A DNA stretch of 64,000 nucleotides. It comes from an uncultured Algibacter sp. GTDB lineage: Bacteria > Bacteroidota > Bacteroidia > Flavobacteriales > Flavobacteriaceae. The stretch spans positions 6,746-70,745 of the forward strand of contig CALKXS010000084.1 of assembly GCA_938003745.1 (NCBI GenBank). The letters run 5' to 3'. The notes under the pieces are model-generated. The model saw only the letters and a program-made list of their open reading frames with translations. It did no database searches and had not been told where the DNA came from. Below are positions 31,735 to 41,613 of the stretch, piece after piece (the first letter of the stretch is position 1; each line of letters starts with the position of its first letter). The translations under genes and the position numbers were made by a program.

Positions 31735-34587
31735 ATGCCAAAAAATTCTAAACTTAAATCTATATTAATTATTGGGTCGGGACCAATTGTTATTGGACAA
31801 GCATGTGAGTTTGATTATTCGGGAACACAAGCATTAAGATCTCTAAGAGAAGAAGGGATAGAAACTATTCTTATTAATTCTAATCCTGCAACTATTATGA
31901 CAGATCCTTCTATGGCTGATCATGTATATTTGCTTCCTTTGACAACAAAATCTATTCTTAAAATATTAAATGATCATCCGCAAATTGATGCAGTTTTACC
32001 TACAATGGGAGGACAGACAGCATTGAATTTATGTATTCAAGCTGATGAAAAAGGTATTTGGAAAGATTTTGGAGTAGATATTATAGGTGTTAATATTGAT
32101 GCCATCAATATTACTGAAGATAGAGAGAAGTTTAGAGAGTTGATGCTTGATATTGATATTCCAATGGCACCACAAGCTACAGCTACATCTTTTCTAAAAG
32201 GTAAAGAGATCGCTCAAGAATTTGGCTTTCCTTTAATAATTAGAGCGTCGTTTACTTTGGGTGGAGCAGGAGCTTCATTTGTTTATAAAGAAGAAGATTT
32301 TGATGAATTATTAACACGTGGATTAGAGATTTCTCCAATTCATGAAGTGATGATTGATAAAGCATTAATTGGTTGGAAAGAATACGAATTAGAATTACTA
32401 AGAGATTCAAATGATAATGTTGTTATTATTTGTTCTATAGAGAATATGGATCCTATTGGAATTCATACTGGAGATTCTATTACTGTTGCTCCAGCAATGA
32501 CTTTAAGCGATAAGACGTATCAAAAAATGCGTGATATGGCTATCCATATGATGCGTAATATTGGTGATTTTGCAGGAGGATGTAATGTGCAGTTTGCCAT
32601 AAGTCCAGATGAAAATGAAGATATTATTGCAATTGAAATTAATCCACGTGTATCTCGTTCTTCGGCATTAGCCAGTAAAGCAACAGGGTATCCTATTGCA
32701 AAAATTGCAGCTAAGTTAGCTTTAGGTTACCATTTAGATGAATTAAATAATCAAATTACAAAATCTACATCAGCTTTATTTGAGCCAACATTAGATTATG
32801 TAATTGTAAAAATTCCACGTTGGAATTTTGATAAATTTGAAGGGTCTGATAGACGTTTAGGTCTTCAAATGAAATCTGTAGGCGAGGTTATGGGTATTGG
32901 GCGTTCGTTTCAAGAAGCACTTCATAAAGCAACGCAATCTCTAGAAATTAAACGTAATGGCTTAGGGGCAGATGGTAAAGAAAATAAAAATTACGATCAA
33001 ATTATAGAGAAATTAACAAACGCATCTTGGGATCGTGTGTTTATTATCTATGATGCCATAGAAATGGGAATACCATTAAGTCGTATTCATGAAATCACTA
33101 AAATTGATATGTGGTTTTTAAAGCAATATGAAGAATTACATATGCTTAAGAATGAGATTTCAACCTTTACTATTGATACTGTAGAAAAAGGTTTACTACT
33201 TGAAGCTAAGCAAAAAGGGTATGGTGATAGACAAATAGCGCACATGCTAAAATGTTTAGAAAGTCAAGTCTATAATAAGCGTGAAGAATTAGGTGTTAAT
33301 CGTGTATATAAATTGGTTGATACTTGTGCAGCTGAGTTTGAAGCAAAAACACCTTATTACTATTCTACGTTTGAAAGCGATATGGAAACAGCAGATGGTA
33401 AACGTTATGCAGATAATGACAGCATTGTTACAGATAAGAAAAAGGTTATAGTATTGGGGTCTGGTCCAAATAGAATTGGTCAAGGAATTGAGTTTGATTA
33501 CTGTTGTGTGCATGGAGTTTTAGCTGCCGCTGAGTGTGGTTACGAAACAATTATGATTAACTGTAATCCAGAAACTGTTTCTACAGATTTTGATACCGCA
33601 GATAAATTATATTTCGAACCCGTTTTCTGGGAACATATTTACGATATTATCAAACATGAAAAACCAGAAGGTGTTATTGTTCAGTTAGGAGGTCAAACGG
33701 CTTTAAAACTTGCAGAAAAATTAACTAAGTATGGTGTTAAAATATTAGGAACTAGCTTTGAAGCTTTAGATTTAGCTGAAGATAGAGGGCTGTTTTCTAA
33801 TATGTTAAAAGAAAATAATATTCCTTATCCTGAGTTTGATATTGCTACTACAGCTGATGAAGCCGCTGTAATTGCGGATAAGTTAGATTTTCCAATATTA
33901 GTACGTCCATCTTATGTTCTAGGAGGACAAGGGATGAAAATTGTAATTAATAAGGAGGAACTTGAAAAGCATGTTGTTGATTTATTAAGCAGAATGCCCG
34001 GGAACCAATTACTATTAGATCATTATTTAGATGGAGCTATAGAAGCCGAAGCTGATGCTATATGCGATGGAGAGAATATTTATATTATTGGTATAATGGA
34101 ACATATTGAGCCATGTGGCGTACATTCTGGAGATAGTAACTCATTATTACCTCCATTTAATTTAGGTGATTTAGTAATGCAACAAATTATAGATCACACT
34201 AAAAAGATTGCTTTAGAGCTTAATACAGTTGGTTTAATAAATATTCAGTTTGCTGTAAAAGACGATACAGTTTATATTATTGAAGCAAACCCAAGAGCGT
34301 CTAGAACAGTACCATTTATAGCAAAAGCTTATGGAGAACCTTACGTTAATTATGCTACTAAGATTATGTTAGGAGAAAAGAAAGTAACTGACTTTGATTT
34401 CAACCCTAAGTTAGATGGATATGCAATTAAGCAACCTGTATTCTCTTTTGATAAGTTTCATAACGTAAATAAGAAATTAGGTCCAGAAATGAAAAGTACA
34501 GGAGAGAGCATTTTATTTATAGATAGTTTAAAAGATGATGCTTTTTATGACTTATATTCGAGACGTAAAATGTACTTAAGTAAATAA
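31735..34587 (+). CDS. carB: Carbamoyl-phosphate synthase large subunit
   Basis: GSGPIVIGQACEFDYSG, IEINPRVSRSS, second half GSGPNRIGQGIEFDYC, EANPRASRT. Confidence 0.98.
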   Translation: MPKNSKLKSILIIGSGPIVIGQACEFDYSGTQALRSLREEGIETILINSNPATIMTDPSMADHVYLLPLTTKSILKILNDHPQIDAVLPTMGGQTALNLCIQADEKGIWKDFGVDIIGVNIDAINITEDREKFRELMLDIDIPMAPQATATSFLKGKEIAQEFGFPLIIRASFTLGGAGASFVYKEEDFDELLTRGLEISPIHEVMIDKALIGWKEYELELLRDSNDNVVIICSIENMDPIGIHTGDSITVAPAMTLSDKTYQKMRDMAIHMMRNIGDFAGGCNVQFAISPDENEDIIAIEINPRVSRSSALASKATGYPIAKIAAKLALGYHLDELNNQITKSTSALFEPTLDYVIVKIPRWNFDKFEGSDRRLGLQMKSVGEVMGIGRSFQEALHKATQSLEIKRNGLGADGKENKNYDQIIEKLTNASWDRVFIIYDAIEMGIPLSRIHEITKIDMWFLKQYEELHMLKNEISTFTIDTVEKGLLLEAKQKGYGDRQIAHMLKCLESQVYNKREELGVNRVYKLVDTCAAEFEAKTPYYYSTFESDMETADGKRYADNDSIVTDKKKVIVLGSGPNRIGQGIEFDYCCVHGVLAAAECGYETIMINCNPETVSTDFDTADKLYFEPVFWEHIYDIIKHEKPEGVIVQLGGQTALKLAEKLTKYGVKILGTSFEALDLAEDRGLFSNMLKENNIPYPEFDIATTADEAAVIADKLDFPILVRPSYVLGGQGMKIVINKEELEKHVVDLLSRMPGNQLLLDHYLDGAIEAEADAICDGENIYIIGIMEHIEPCGVHSGDSNSLLPPFNLGDLVMQQIIDHTKKIALELNTVGLINIQFAVKDDTVYIIEANPRASRTVPFIAKAYGEPYVNYATKIMLGEKKVTDFDFNPKLDGYAIKQPVFSFDKFHNVNKKLGPEMKSTGESILFIDSLKDDAFYDLYSRRKMYLSK

Positions 34588-34610
34588 TTCAAGCTTATTA
34601 TTTTCAATAA

Positions 34611-34637
34611 AAAAAGGCAGCTATTAGCAGCCTTTTT
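34611..34637 (+). terminator. Imperfect intrinsic terminator after carB
   Basis: AAAAAGGCAGCT-ATT-AGCAGCCTTTTT with one central A.A mismatch. Confidence 0.6.
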
Positions 34638-34649
34638 ATTTTTATTTAA

Positions 34650-35639
34650 ATGAAAAGAATTCTAAGAATACCAATTCAGACGTCATTAATAGTAATAATA
34701 ACGGTCTTAATCTTTGAAGTAATTTATAGGTTTTCCGTAATTGATTTTTATAAATTAGAATTAGATACACTAAATACAGGTATTAGAGAATTAGATTTAT
34801 CTAAAGGAGTTGATTATTTAATTTTTGGAGATTCTTTTTCTGCGACTAGAAATAATTATGTAGATTTTTTAAGGAAATCAAGTGATAAAATATTTATTAA
34901 CTCTAGTATACCAGGAACCGGAATTAAACAAGTAAACCTTTTTTTTAGCCGCAGGTTTAAAGAGTTTGCACCAAAAAATATTATATATCAAGTATATGTG
35001 GGTAATGATCTCACTGATGTATCTCATTTAACTAATTATAATGAATTATCTTTAATAAGAAATGTATACTGGGACATATCTGATGTGATATTAAGTAGCT
35101 CTTATATTAATTCAAGACTAGGGAATTTTAAACAAGGAGAAGAAAATGTTGATCCTAAAATTTTGAACGAATTTTTTGTAAGTGACAATTATAATAATAG
35201 AAGTAAAATGTATTTAAGGTCAGATAGAAGTTATCTATATAAATCTGTTACGATTACCGACGATTTTGAAAAAAGATATTCTATGTGGATTAAAGAGGTA
35301 GAAGAGTTTATAAAAAGTATACCCAAAAATATAAGTGTTACTATTCTCTTTATCCCTCATTGTACACAGTTAAGTTCGTATTACATGGATAACATAGTGA
35401 AAATTGGAGCAACTTTTAAAGATAAAACTAAATTTAATAAGATTAATTATAGTTTTTTTAAAAAAGCTTTATTAGATTTAGGGAAATATAAAAATGTATC
35501 ACTCGTTAATCCATTAGAAAGATTGAGAAGTATCGATTCATTTCAAAATAGATTATATTATTTAAATGACCCTCATCTTAATGATAAAGGGCAAGAAATT
35601 ATTGGTGTATACCTAAAAGAAAAATTAAAATTAAATTAG
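34650..35639 (+). CDS. Membrane-anchored SGNH/GDSL-fold protein (AlgX/AlgJ-like)
   Basis: N-terminal TM helix; FGDS, GND, NDPHLN. Confidence 0.8.
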   Translation: MKRILRIPIQTSLIVIITVLIFEVIYRFSVIDFYKLELDTLNTGIRELDLSKGVDYLIFGDSFSATRNNYVDFLRKSSDKIFINSSIPGTGIKQVNLFFSRRFKEFAPKNIIYQVYVGNDLTDVSHLTNYNELSLIRNVYWDISDVILSSSYINSRLGNFKQGEENVDPKILNEFFVSDNYNNRSKMYLRSDRSYLYKSVTITDDFEKRYSMWIKEVEEFIKSIPKNISVTILFIPHCTQLSSYYMDNIVKIGATFKDKTKFNKINYSFFKKALLDLGKYKNVSLVNPLERLRSIDSFQNRLYYLNDPHLNDKGQEIIGVYLKEKLKLN

Positions 35640-35644
35640 AAATA

Positions 35645-37402
35645 GTGAGTTTTGTTTTAGGACTTTCGGCATTTTACCACGACGCTTCTGCTTGTTTATT
35701 GATGAATGGTAAAATTATTGTTGCAGCGCAAGAAGAGCGGTTTACTAGAAAGAAACATGATTCATCTTTCCCTAAAAAGGCCATTCAGTTTTGTTTGAAT
35801 GAGGCAGGAATTAATATTTCATCAGTTTCATTGATTGTTTTTTATGAAAAACCATTCTTGAAATTTGATCGTATTGTAGATTCTATTCAAAAAACAACTC
35901 CATTTGCCTTTAATTTTTTTAGAAAAGTCCTAAGATCATGGACTAAAACTAAATTATGGATTCCTGTAGTTATTAAGAAACAACTTGGCTACGAAGGAGA
36001 AATTATTTTTTCGGAACATCATGAATCGCATGCAGCTGGAAGCTTTTTTAGCTCTCCTTATACTGATAGCGCAATTGTTACCATTGACGGAGTTGGAGAA
36101 AAAGCGTGCACAACTATTGGAATAGGAAAAGACAATAAAGTTACAATTTTGAAAGAACAATACTATCCGCATTCTTTCGGTTTATTGTATAGTGGATTTA
36201 CACAATATTGTGGTTTCAAAGTGAATTCTGGTGAATACAAACTAATGGGATTGGCTCCGTATGGAAACCCTATTTACAAACAATTAATTCTTGATAATTT
36301 TGTTTCTATTACTGAAAAAGGAGAGATTACTTTAAACTTAAATCATTTTTCCTTTGAAAAAGGAGAATCTACCATTAATACTACATTTTGTAATGTATTA
36401 GGGAAGCCTGCAAGGAAACCAGACGAAGAAATGAATCCTTTTTACAAAGATGTAGCAAGTTCTATTCAAGCTGTAACTGAAGATTTTTTGATAACATTGG
36501 CAAAGTACGCAAAAGAGATAACGTGCTTAGATAATTTGTGTATGTCTGGAGGAGTTGCACTCAATTGTAAAGCGAACGGAGAACTAATCAAACAAAAAGA
36601 AGTTTTTAAAAATATTTGGGTACAACCTGCCTCAGGCGACAGCGGAACAGCTACAGGTGCTGCATATATTGGTTGGTACCATTATTTAAAAAACGAAAGA
36701 ATTATAGCTAAAGATTCTTTACAAGAACAGGTGTATCTAGGACCTTCTTATAGCTCTGAAGAAATACAGTCACTTTTAGGTAAATATGCTATTACATTCC
36801 GTAAAAAAAGCGATGATATTCTTTGTCATGAAATTTCTAGTTATTTAGAAAATAAAAAAATTGTTGGATGGTTTCAAGGAAAAATGGAATTTGGACCAAG
36901 AGCCTTAGGGAATAGGAGTATTTTGGCAAGTCCGCTGTTTGAAGATATGAAACAGCATGTAAATATGCAAATTAAAAAACGTGAAGGTTTTCGTCCTTTT
37001 GCACCAATTGTTTTAAAAGAAAAGGCGAAAGATTGGTTTTCAAATTGTGAAGATTCTAAATACATGCTATTCACATTTGAAAGTGATAAAGAAGAAAGAA
37101 TTCCTTCTTGCATTCACGAAGACAAAACTGCCAGAGTACAAACATTACACCAAGAAGACAATCCTTTACTACACCAACTTATTTCTAGTTTTGAAGAAAA
37201 AACAAGTTGTCCAGTTTTAATAAATACTTCTTTTAATGTACGAGGCGAACCTATTGTAGCTTCACCTTTAGATGCTTTGAAATGTTTTTTCCAAACAGAT
37301 ATGGATGTATTGGTTTTAGGAAATTATATTGTTCTAAAAACCGAGAATTTTGAAAATATACCTGCTGAACTTACGAATATTCAAGAATATGAACTGGATT
37401 AA
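35645..37402 (+). CDS. O-carbamoyltransferase (NodU/CmcH/SxtI family)
   Basis: YHDASA, EHHESH, DGVGE, GEYKLMGLAPYG, GGVALNC, EFGPRALGNRS, FRPFAP, NTSFNVRGEPIV. Confidence 0.96.
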   Translation: MSFVLGLSAFYHDASACLLMNGKIIVAAQEERFTRKKHDSSFPKKAIQFCLNEAGINISSVSLIVFYEKPFLKFDRIVDSIQKTTPFAFNFFRKVLRSWTKTKLWIPVVIKKQLGYEGEIIFSEHHESHAAGSFFSSPYTDSAIVTIDGVGEKACTTIGIGKDNKVTILKEQYYPHSFGLLYSGFTQYCGFKVNSGEYKLMGLAPYGNPIYKQLILDNFVSITEKGEITLNLNHFSFEKGESTINTTFCNVLGKPARKPDEEMNPFYKDVASSIQAVTEDFLITLAKYAKEITCLDNLCMSGGVALNCKANGELIKQKEVFKNIWVQPASGDSGTATGAAYIGWYHYLKNERIIAKDSLQEQVYLGPSYSSEEIQSLLGKYAITFRKKSDDILCHEISSYLENKKIVGWFQGKMEFGPRALGNRSILASPLFEDMKQHVNMQIKKREGFRPFAPIVLKEKAKDWFSNCEDSKYMLFTFESDKEERIPSCIHEDKTARVQTLHQEDNPLLHQLISSFEEKTSCPVLINTSFNVRGEPIVASPLDALKCFFQTDMDVLVLGNYIVLKTENFENIPAELTNIQEYELD

Positions 37403-37796
37403 AAATAACTATGCTATCGTTGAAAAAAACAGTAACCAAAGAAAAAAACAAAAGCAATTCGGATTGTTATTTGCTGTTATTGTTGCTGTAATTTTAGTTA
37501 TTTCATTTTATAAAAATGGTTTTGTAATGGATGTCAAACAAAATATATTAATTGGTGTTTTGACATTTTTAAGTCTAACAACTTTGGTTTTTCCGAAACT
37601 ATTTTATCCTTTTTTATGTATTTGGCTTTCGATAGGATTTGTTTTTGGAGAGATATCTTCCTTTATAATTCTAGTTTTTTTGTATTATTGCCTGATTAGT
37701 CCAATTACTTATTTTCTTCGTCTAAAAAATAAAGAAAAGCAAATACCTACTTGGATTGACAAAAGCGACAAAATTAATTATCAAAAGCTATCATAA
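37389..37796 (+). CDS. SxtJ-family membrane protein
   Basis: KQFG-TM-TM-W...LYYCLISPI pattern; start overlaps the carbamoyltransferase end. Confidence 0.8.
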   Translation: MNWIKNNYAIVEKNSNQRKKQKQFGLLFAVIVAVILVISFYKNGFVMDVKQNILIGVLTFLSLTTLVFPKLFYPFLCIWLSIGFVFGEISSFIILVFLYYCLISPITYFLRLKNKEKQIPTWIDKSDKINYQKLS

Positions 37797-37955
37797 ATGA
37801 ATAAATCGAGAATTTTTATAGAGTTTTTTAAATTCTTACTGCATCAAAAAAAATATTGGCTACTTCCAATTATTACTGTTTTGATATTATTAGCTGCATT
37901 GATGCTATTTGCTGAAAACTCAGTTTTGTCTCCTTTTGTATACACTCTGTTTTAA
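37797..37955 (+). CDS. 52-aa membrane microprotein (SxtK/DUF5989-like), not in ORF track
   Basis: MNKSRIFIEFFKFLLHQKKYWLLPIITVLILLAALMLFAENSVLSPFVYTLF*; ATG directly follows the stop of the SxtJ-like gene. Confidence 0.88.
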   Translation: MNKSRIFIEFFKFLLHQKKYWLLPIITVLILLAALMLFAENSVLSPFVYTLF

Positions 37956-37961
37956 ATAGCG

Positions 37962-39089
37962 TTATTTCTTAATAGCTGGTTGAATATATGTAAACATTTC
38001 TTCTGCAACTATCTTGTTCGCTTTTTCACCTGTATGACAAAAATCTGTATAGACCGTTGTATCAGTTGTGTCAAAAACTGTACTTATGTCTACGAGTAAA
38101 GTATCTTTTGTGTCTAGAAATTTTGTTCTAATTTTAGCATATGTTAAATGATATAAGTCTTCATAAAACACTGTTTTTTTAGCAAATTCTTTTTCTACGA
38201 TTGTCAATTGTTTTTTAGAGTAAATAACGGGTTGTAAAAAATTAAAAACTTTGAAATCGTATTGATTCCCTAGACCTTCAGAAATATTTACATATTCTTT
38301 ATAATATAGAGAAATCTCATTCGCTAATTTAGTTGATTCTCCCGCTACACTTTGATGATATTTATTTGGAGTCATTTTTGATGAAACTTTCATAACCATT
38401 CTATAAATATTGCTCGAAATTAACATCAAATGAAATCTTTTGCTAAAACTATGATTTGTTTTAAATTCTTTTATACGAATAGCAGAATTAGAAGGCAAAC
38501 CTCCTCTATTATTTTGGTATGCAGAATTGACATCATTAACACCATCATAAAAAATAACAATGTCTGGAATATTTCCGTGAATCAATTCACATTGCAATTG
38601 AATATTTTCAATAGCCCTTACATAACCATGACAACCAAAATTAGAAACTTCAATAACCTTATCTGGGAACTTTTTAGAAATTAACTTAGAAAGCTCTGAA
38701 GGTATGGTGTACTCATCTCTAGCTCCAAATCCAAATATTGTAGAACCTCCAAAACAGAATATTTTGAAAGGCTTGTCCGTCTTTTCAGAACTAATATTAT
38801 AAGTCTTCCTTCTACCTCTCTCATCTATATTAAAATAATCTCCTTTTGATGCTTCTATTTGGTATCCTGTATACGCTTTCCAGCGCATTTGTTGTCCTCT
38901 CATTTCTCTATACGCTGCCTCAACAGTAGCAATATCTACATCTTTATACAACCCGGAAGATTTCATTGTTTTTACGTCGTCTTTAGGTTGCCCATCCCTA
39001 TAATTAAAAATAGCACCAAAAATAATTTCTAAAAAAATCAAAAGAACAAATACATTCCTTATGTAGATAAGTCTCAATTGTTTTTTCAT
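37962..39089 (-). CDS. Membrane-anchored SGNH/GDSL-fold protein
   Basis: N-terminal TM helix; FGGST, NFG..GY, DGVND, DFCH. Confidence 0.82.
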   Translation of the reverse strand: MKKQLRLIYIRNVFVLLIFLEIIFGAIFNYRDGQPKDDVKTMKSSGLYKDVDIATVEAAYREMRGQQMRWKAYTGYQIEASKGDYFNIDERGRRKTYNISSEKTDKPFKIFCFGGSTIFGFGARDEYTIPSELSKLISKKFPDKVIEVSNFGCHGYVRAIENIQLQCELIHGNIPDIVIFYDGVNDVNSAYQNNRGGLPSNSAIRIKEFKTNHSFSKRFHLMLISSNIYRMVMKVSSKMTPNKYHQSVAGESTKLANEISLYYKEYVNISEGLGNQYDFKVFNFLQPVIYSKKQLTIVEKEFAKKTVFYEDLYHLTYAKIRTKFLDTKDTLLVDISTVFDTTDTTVYTDFCHTGEKANKIVAEEMFTYIQPAIKK

Positions 39090-39287
39090 ATAGTCCTTTA
39101 AATTAAAAATATAAAGATTTACATATTCTGTAAATTGTTCGAGGGTGTTAATTAAAAAATCAAAAATAATATACTAAGACTTCCGTCGCAAATTAAAACT
39201 GATACAAAAAAATAGCCTTCCAATATTCAAAATTCTTTTTCTCTTATATATCTAAGAGCATTTAAAATTTATTTTTCTTTTAACTTA

Positions 39288-39947
39288 TTAGATTTTTACT
39301 ATTTCGAAAATATAATTTTTTTCCAATGCTACAGTTTTCTCTAAAATTATATTCATTTTAAAGCTATTATTTACACCTATTTTTTTTATTTCTTCCAAAT
39401 TACAATCTTGTGAAAGTATCATAATAACATTTTTTAAATCTGTTCTTTTAACCAATTGCTTGAAAAACTCCTGGAAGTATTCAAAATTTTCACCGCAAAA
39501 CCAAGCCTGGTCTTTTGTGCTTTCGGGGTGCTTGGGGTAGTAAGGAGGGTTTACTACTATATAATCAAATGTATGACTTGTTAAATTCTCAAATAAATCT
39601 GAATGTAAAACCTCTAACTTTAATTGGTTTTTGTTTTTTGCTTTATTTAATGAGTTTAGTGCGATTTGATTGATATCTGTTGCGGTTACCAATGCTCCTT
39701 TTGAGCTTGCATATAAAGAAATAATTCCTGAGCCACATCCTAATTCTAAGAATGTTTTGTCTTGTAAATTGAGTTTTTTAATGAAATTCAATATTATTTT
39801 GGTACTAATAGTAAAATGTGGAGGAAATACTTCTGGATGTACTAATATTTCTAAGTTTTCATACCTAAACTTTCTTGGCTTTTTATAATATTTTTTAAAC
39901 CAAAATTGTAAAAATGGATTTATAATCTTTTTTGTATAAGCTCTCAT
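39288..39947 (-). CDS. HemK-like class I SAM methyltransferase (N-methyltransferase motif)
   Basis: ELGCGSG, SDLF, NPPY. Confidence 0.88.
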   Translation of the reverse strand: MRAYTKKIINPFLQFWFKKYYKKPRKFRYENLEILVHPEVFPPHFTISTKIILNFIKKLNLQDKTFLELGCGSGIISLYASSKGALVTATDINQIALNSLNKAKNKNQLKLEVLHSDLFENLTSHTFDYIVVNPPYYPKHPESTKDQAWFCGENFEYFQEFFKQLVKRTDLKNVIMILSQDCNLEEIKKIGVNNSFKMNIILEKTVALEKNYIFEIVKI

Positions 39948-39955
39948 ATCTAAAC

Positions 39956-41494
39956 TTATTCTGAATAAAACCCTTCAATTTCTGGTTGTCTATATTTCCA
40001 AATTTTATGGAATGCTTTTATTTCGTATGGGTATTTATAAAAACCTGTTTTATATCTCCAATTAGAAACTAAGCTTAGTACTTTTTTCTTATAACCATGA
40101 ATTCTAAAATCTGAAACTGTAGGGAAATTACCGTTCAATACCGTTTCAAAGTTTTTAATGGTGTCAATCATATAAGGTTTTAACCAAGGTGTTAAGGGGT
40201 TTTTTCGTAAATCAAATTTTTCCCAACTTGGTGAAACCCACTCTTCCAGAGTTTCTGGAAAAGAGAATCCTGCATCTAGAATTTGTTGATATAATTCAGA
40301 TCCTTTTGTAGGTGTTGGACTGTACAAATAAATAATAATCTCTGCCTCTGGATTGATTTTTTTAATTTCTTTGATGAAATTGATATCCCAAAGTATTTGA
40401 TCATATACCTGTTTTTCTGTGTCTGCCGGCATCCCTAAAACAAATGACATTTCAGGAATGATTCCTATATTTTTCATCCGCAAAGCAAAATCTTTTATCA
40501 TTTTACCAGACTGTGTGCCGCCTTTGTTCATTTGCTTCAATACTTCATCATTTCCTGTTTCGGCACCCAAAAAAATCATTTTACAACCTGCTTGCTTCAT
40601 TAAGCTTAGTTCTTCATCAGAATATTTATTGAGAGTATCAATTCTTCCTTCTCCCCAATATTTTATATTGTCATGTAAAATCAATTTAGAAAATTCTAAA
40701 ACGCGTTTTTTTGAAGTAAAGAAATTATTATCATGAAACTCAATTGCATCAATATCATATTTTTCTTTAAAATATTTAACATCTTCATACATTCCTTGGG
40801 CTGATTTCCCTTTCCATCTACCGTTAAAAACAGGCACAATCCCACAGAATGAACAGGTAAATGGACATCCCATACTTGAATGATAAGACAAGGTGGTCTT
40901 TCCCATAAAAGTTTTTGACAAGTAATTTTCAAGAGGATAGAAAACGTTCAAATGGGTATATGGTAAATTAGGTAAGGCATCTTGATCCAAGAGTGGTTCT
41001 TTCTTCGTTCTGATAATGTTTCCTTTACTATTTCTAAAAATTAAATTGTCGATTTTACTTAGCTTTTCCTCAAAGACTACTTCGTCTTGTTTATCTTCTT
41101 CTAAAACTTTTAGTAAAGAAGGAAAAGTTACATCTCCAGGTCCATTTACAATATAATCTACCAAATGAGAATCCATACAAACTCCATATTGATTGGAAGG
41201 AAAATAACCTCCCCAAATTATTGTAATATCAGAAAATTGTTCTTTTACTCTTTTTGTAAAAGAGATTGCCTGCTTTAATTGAGGACCTGGCATAACCGTT
41301 GAACAAAAATATTTGTATTCACCAGTCTCTAGATATTCAAATATCTTTTGGAATGGTTTCTCTTCTAAATTCCCATCTACTAAAATATAATCATATATGC
41401 CATGAATAGATGCGCCTACTTGCAAAATAGAATTTGGAATTCTGTGTTTGTTATTACCACTTTTTGGATTAAAAAGAATGACTTTATTACTCAT
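39956..41494 (-). CDS. Cobalamin-binding radical SAM protein
   Basis: N-terminal B12-binding-like domain (IIWGGYFPS, GPGD); GCPFTCSFC; HDNNF; FLGAETG. Confidence 0.9.
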   Translation of the reverse strand: MSNKVILFNPKSGNNKHRIPNSILQVGASIHGIYDYILVDGNLEEKPFQKIFEYLETGEYKYFCSTVMPGPQLKQAISFTKRVKEQFSDITIIWGGYFPSNQYGVCMDSHLVDYIVNGPGDVTFPSLLKVLEEDKQDEVVFEEKLSKIDNLIFRNSKGNIIRTKKEPLLDQDALPNLPYTHLNVFYPLENYLSKTFMGKTTLSYHSSMGCPFTCSFCGIVPVFNGRWKGKSAQGMYEDVKYFKEKYDIDAIEFHDNNFFTSKKRVLEFSKLILHDNIKYWGEGRIDTLNKYSDEELSLMKQAGCKMIFLGAETGNDEVLKQMNKGGTQSGKMIKDFALRMKNIGIIPEMSFVLGMPADTEKQVYDQILWDINFIKEIKKINPEAEIIIYLYSPTPTKGSELYQQILDAGFSFPETLEEWVSPSWEKFDLRKNPLTPWLKPYMIDTIKNFETVLNGNFPTVSDFRIHGYKKKVLSLVSNWRYKTGFYKYPYEIKAFHKIWKYRQPEIEGFYSE

Positions 41495-41613
41495 AAACTT
41501 GGTCGTTTTATTTTTTCAAATTAAATTAGAGTTCTTGTTTTTAGTAATTCTTTTACTTATTTAGCAATTAAAAAAACGAATACATTTCCTCTGTAGATAA
41601 ATTTCACTACTTT

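Noticed and set aside
31735-34587. CarB is short (950 aa, no MGS-like tail) and lacks an adjacent carA
   Set aside because: As recalled this is the usual Flavobacteriaceae form; it ends in a clean stop followed by a hairpin.
35645-37955. Saxitoxin biosynthesis suggested by sxtI/sxtJ/sxtK-like genes
   Set aside because: No sxtA-like PKS/aminotransferase, amidinotransferase or other core sxt genes are in the window; the neighbours are envelope enzymes.
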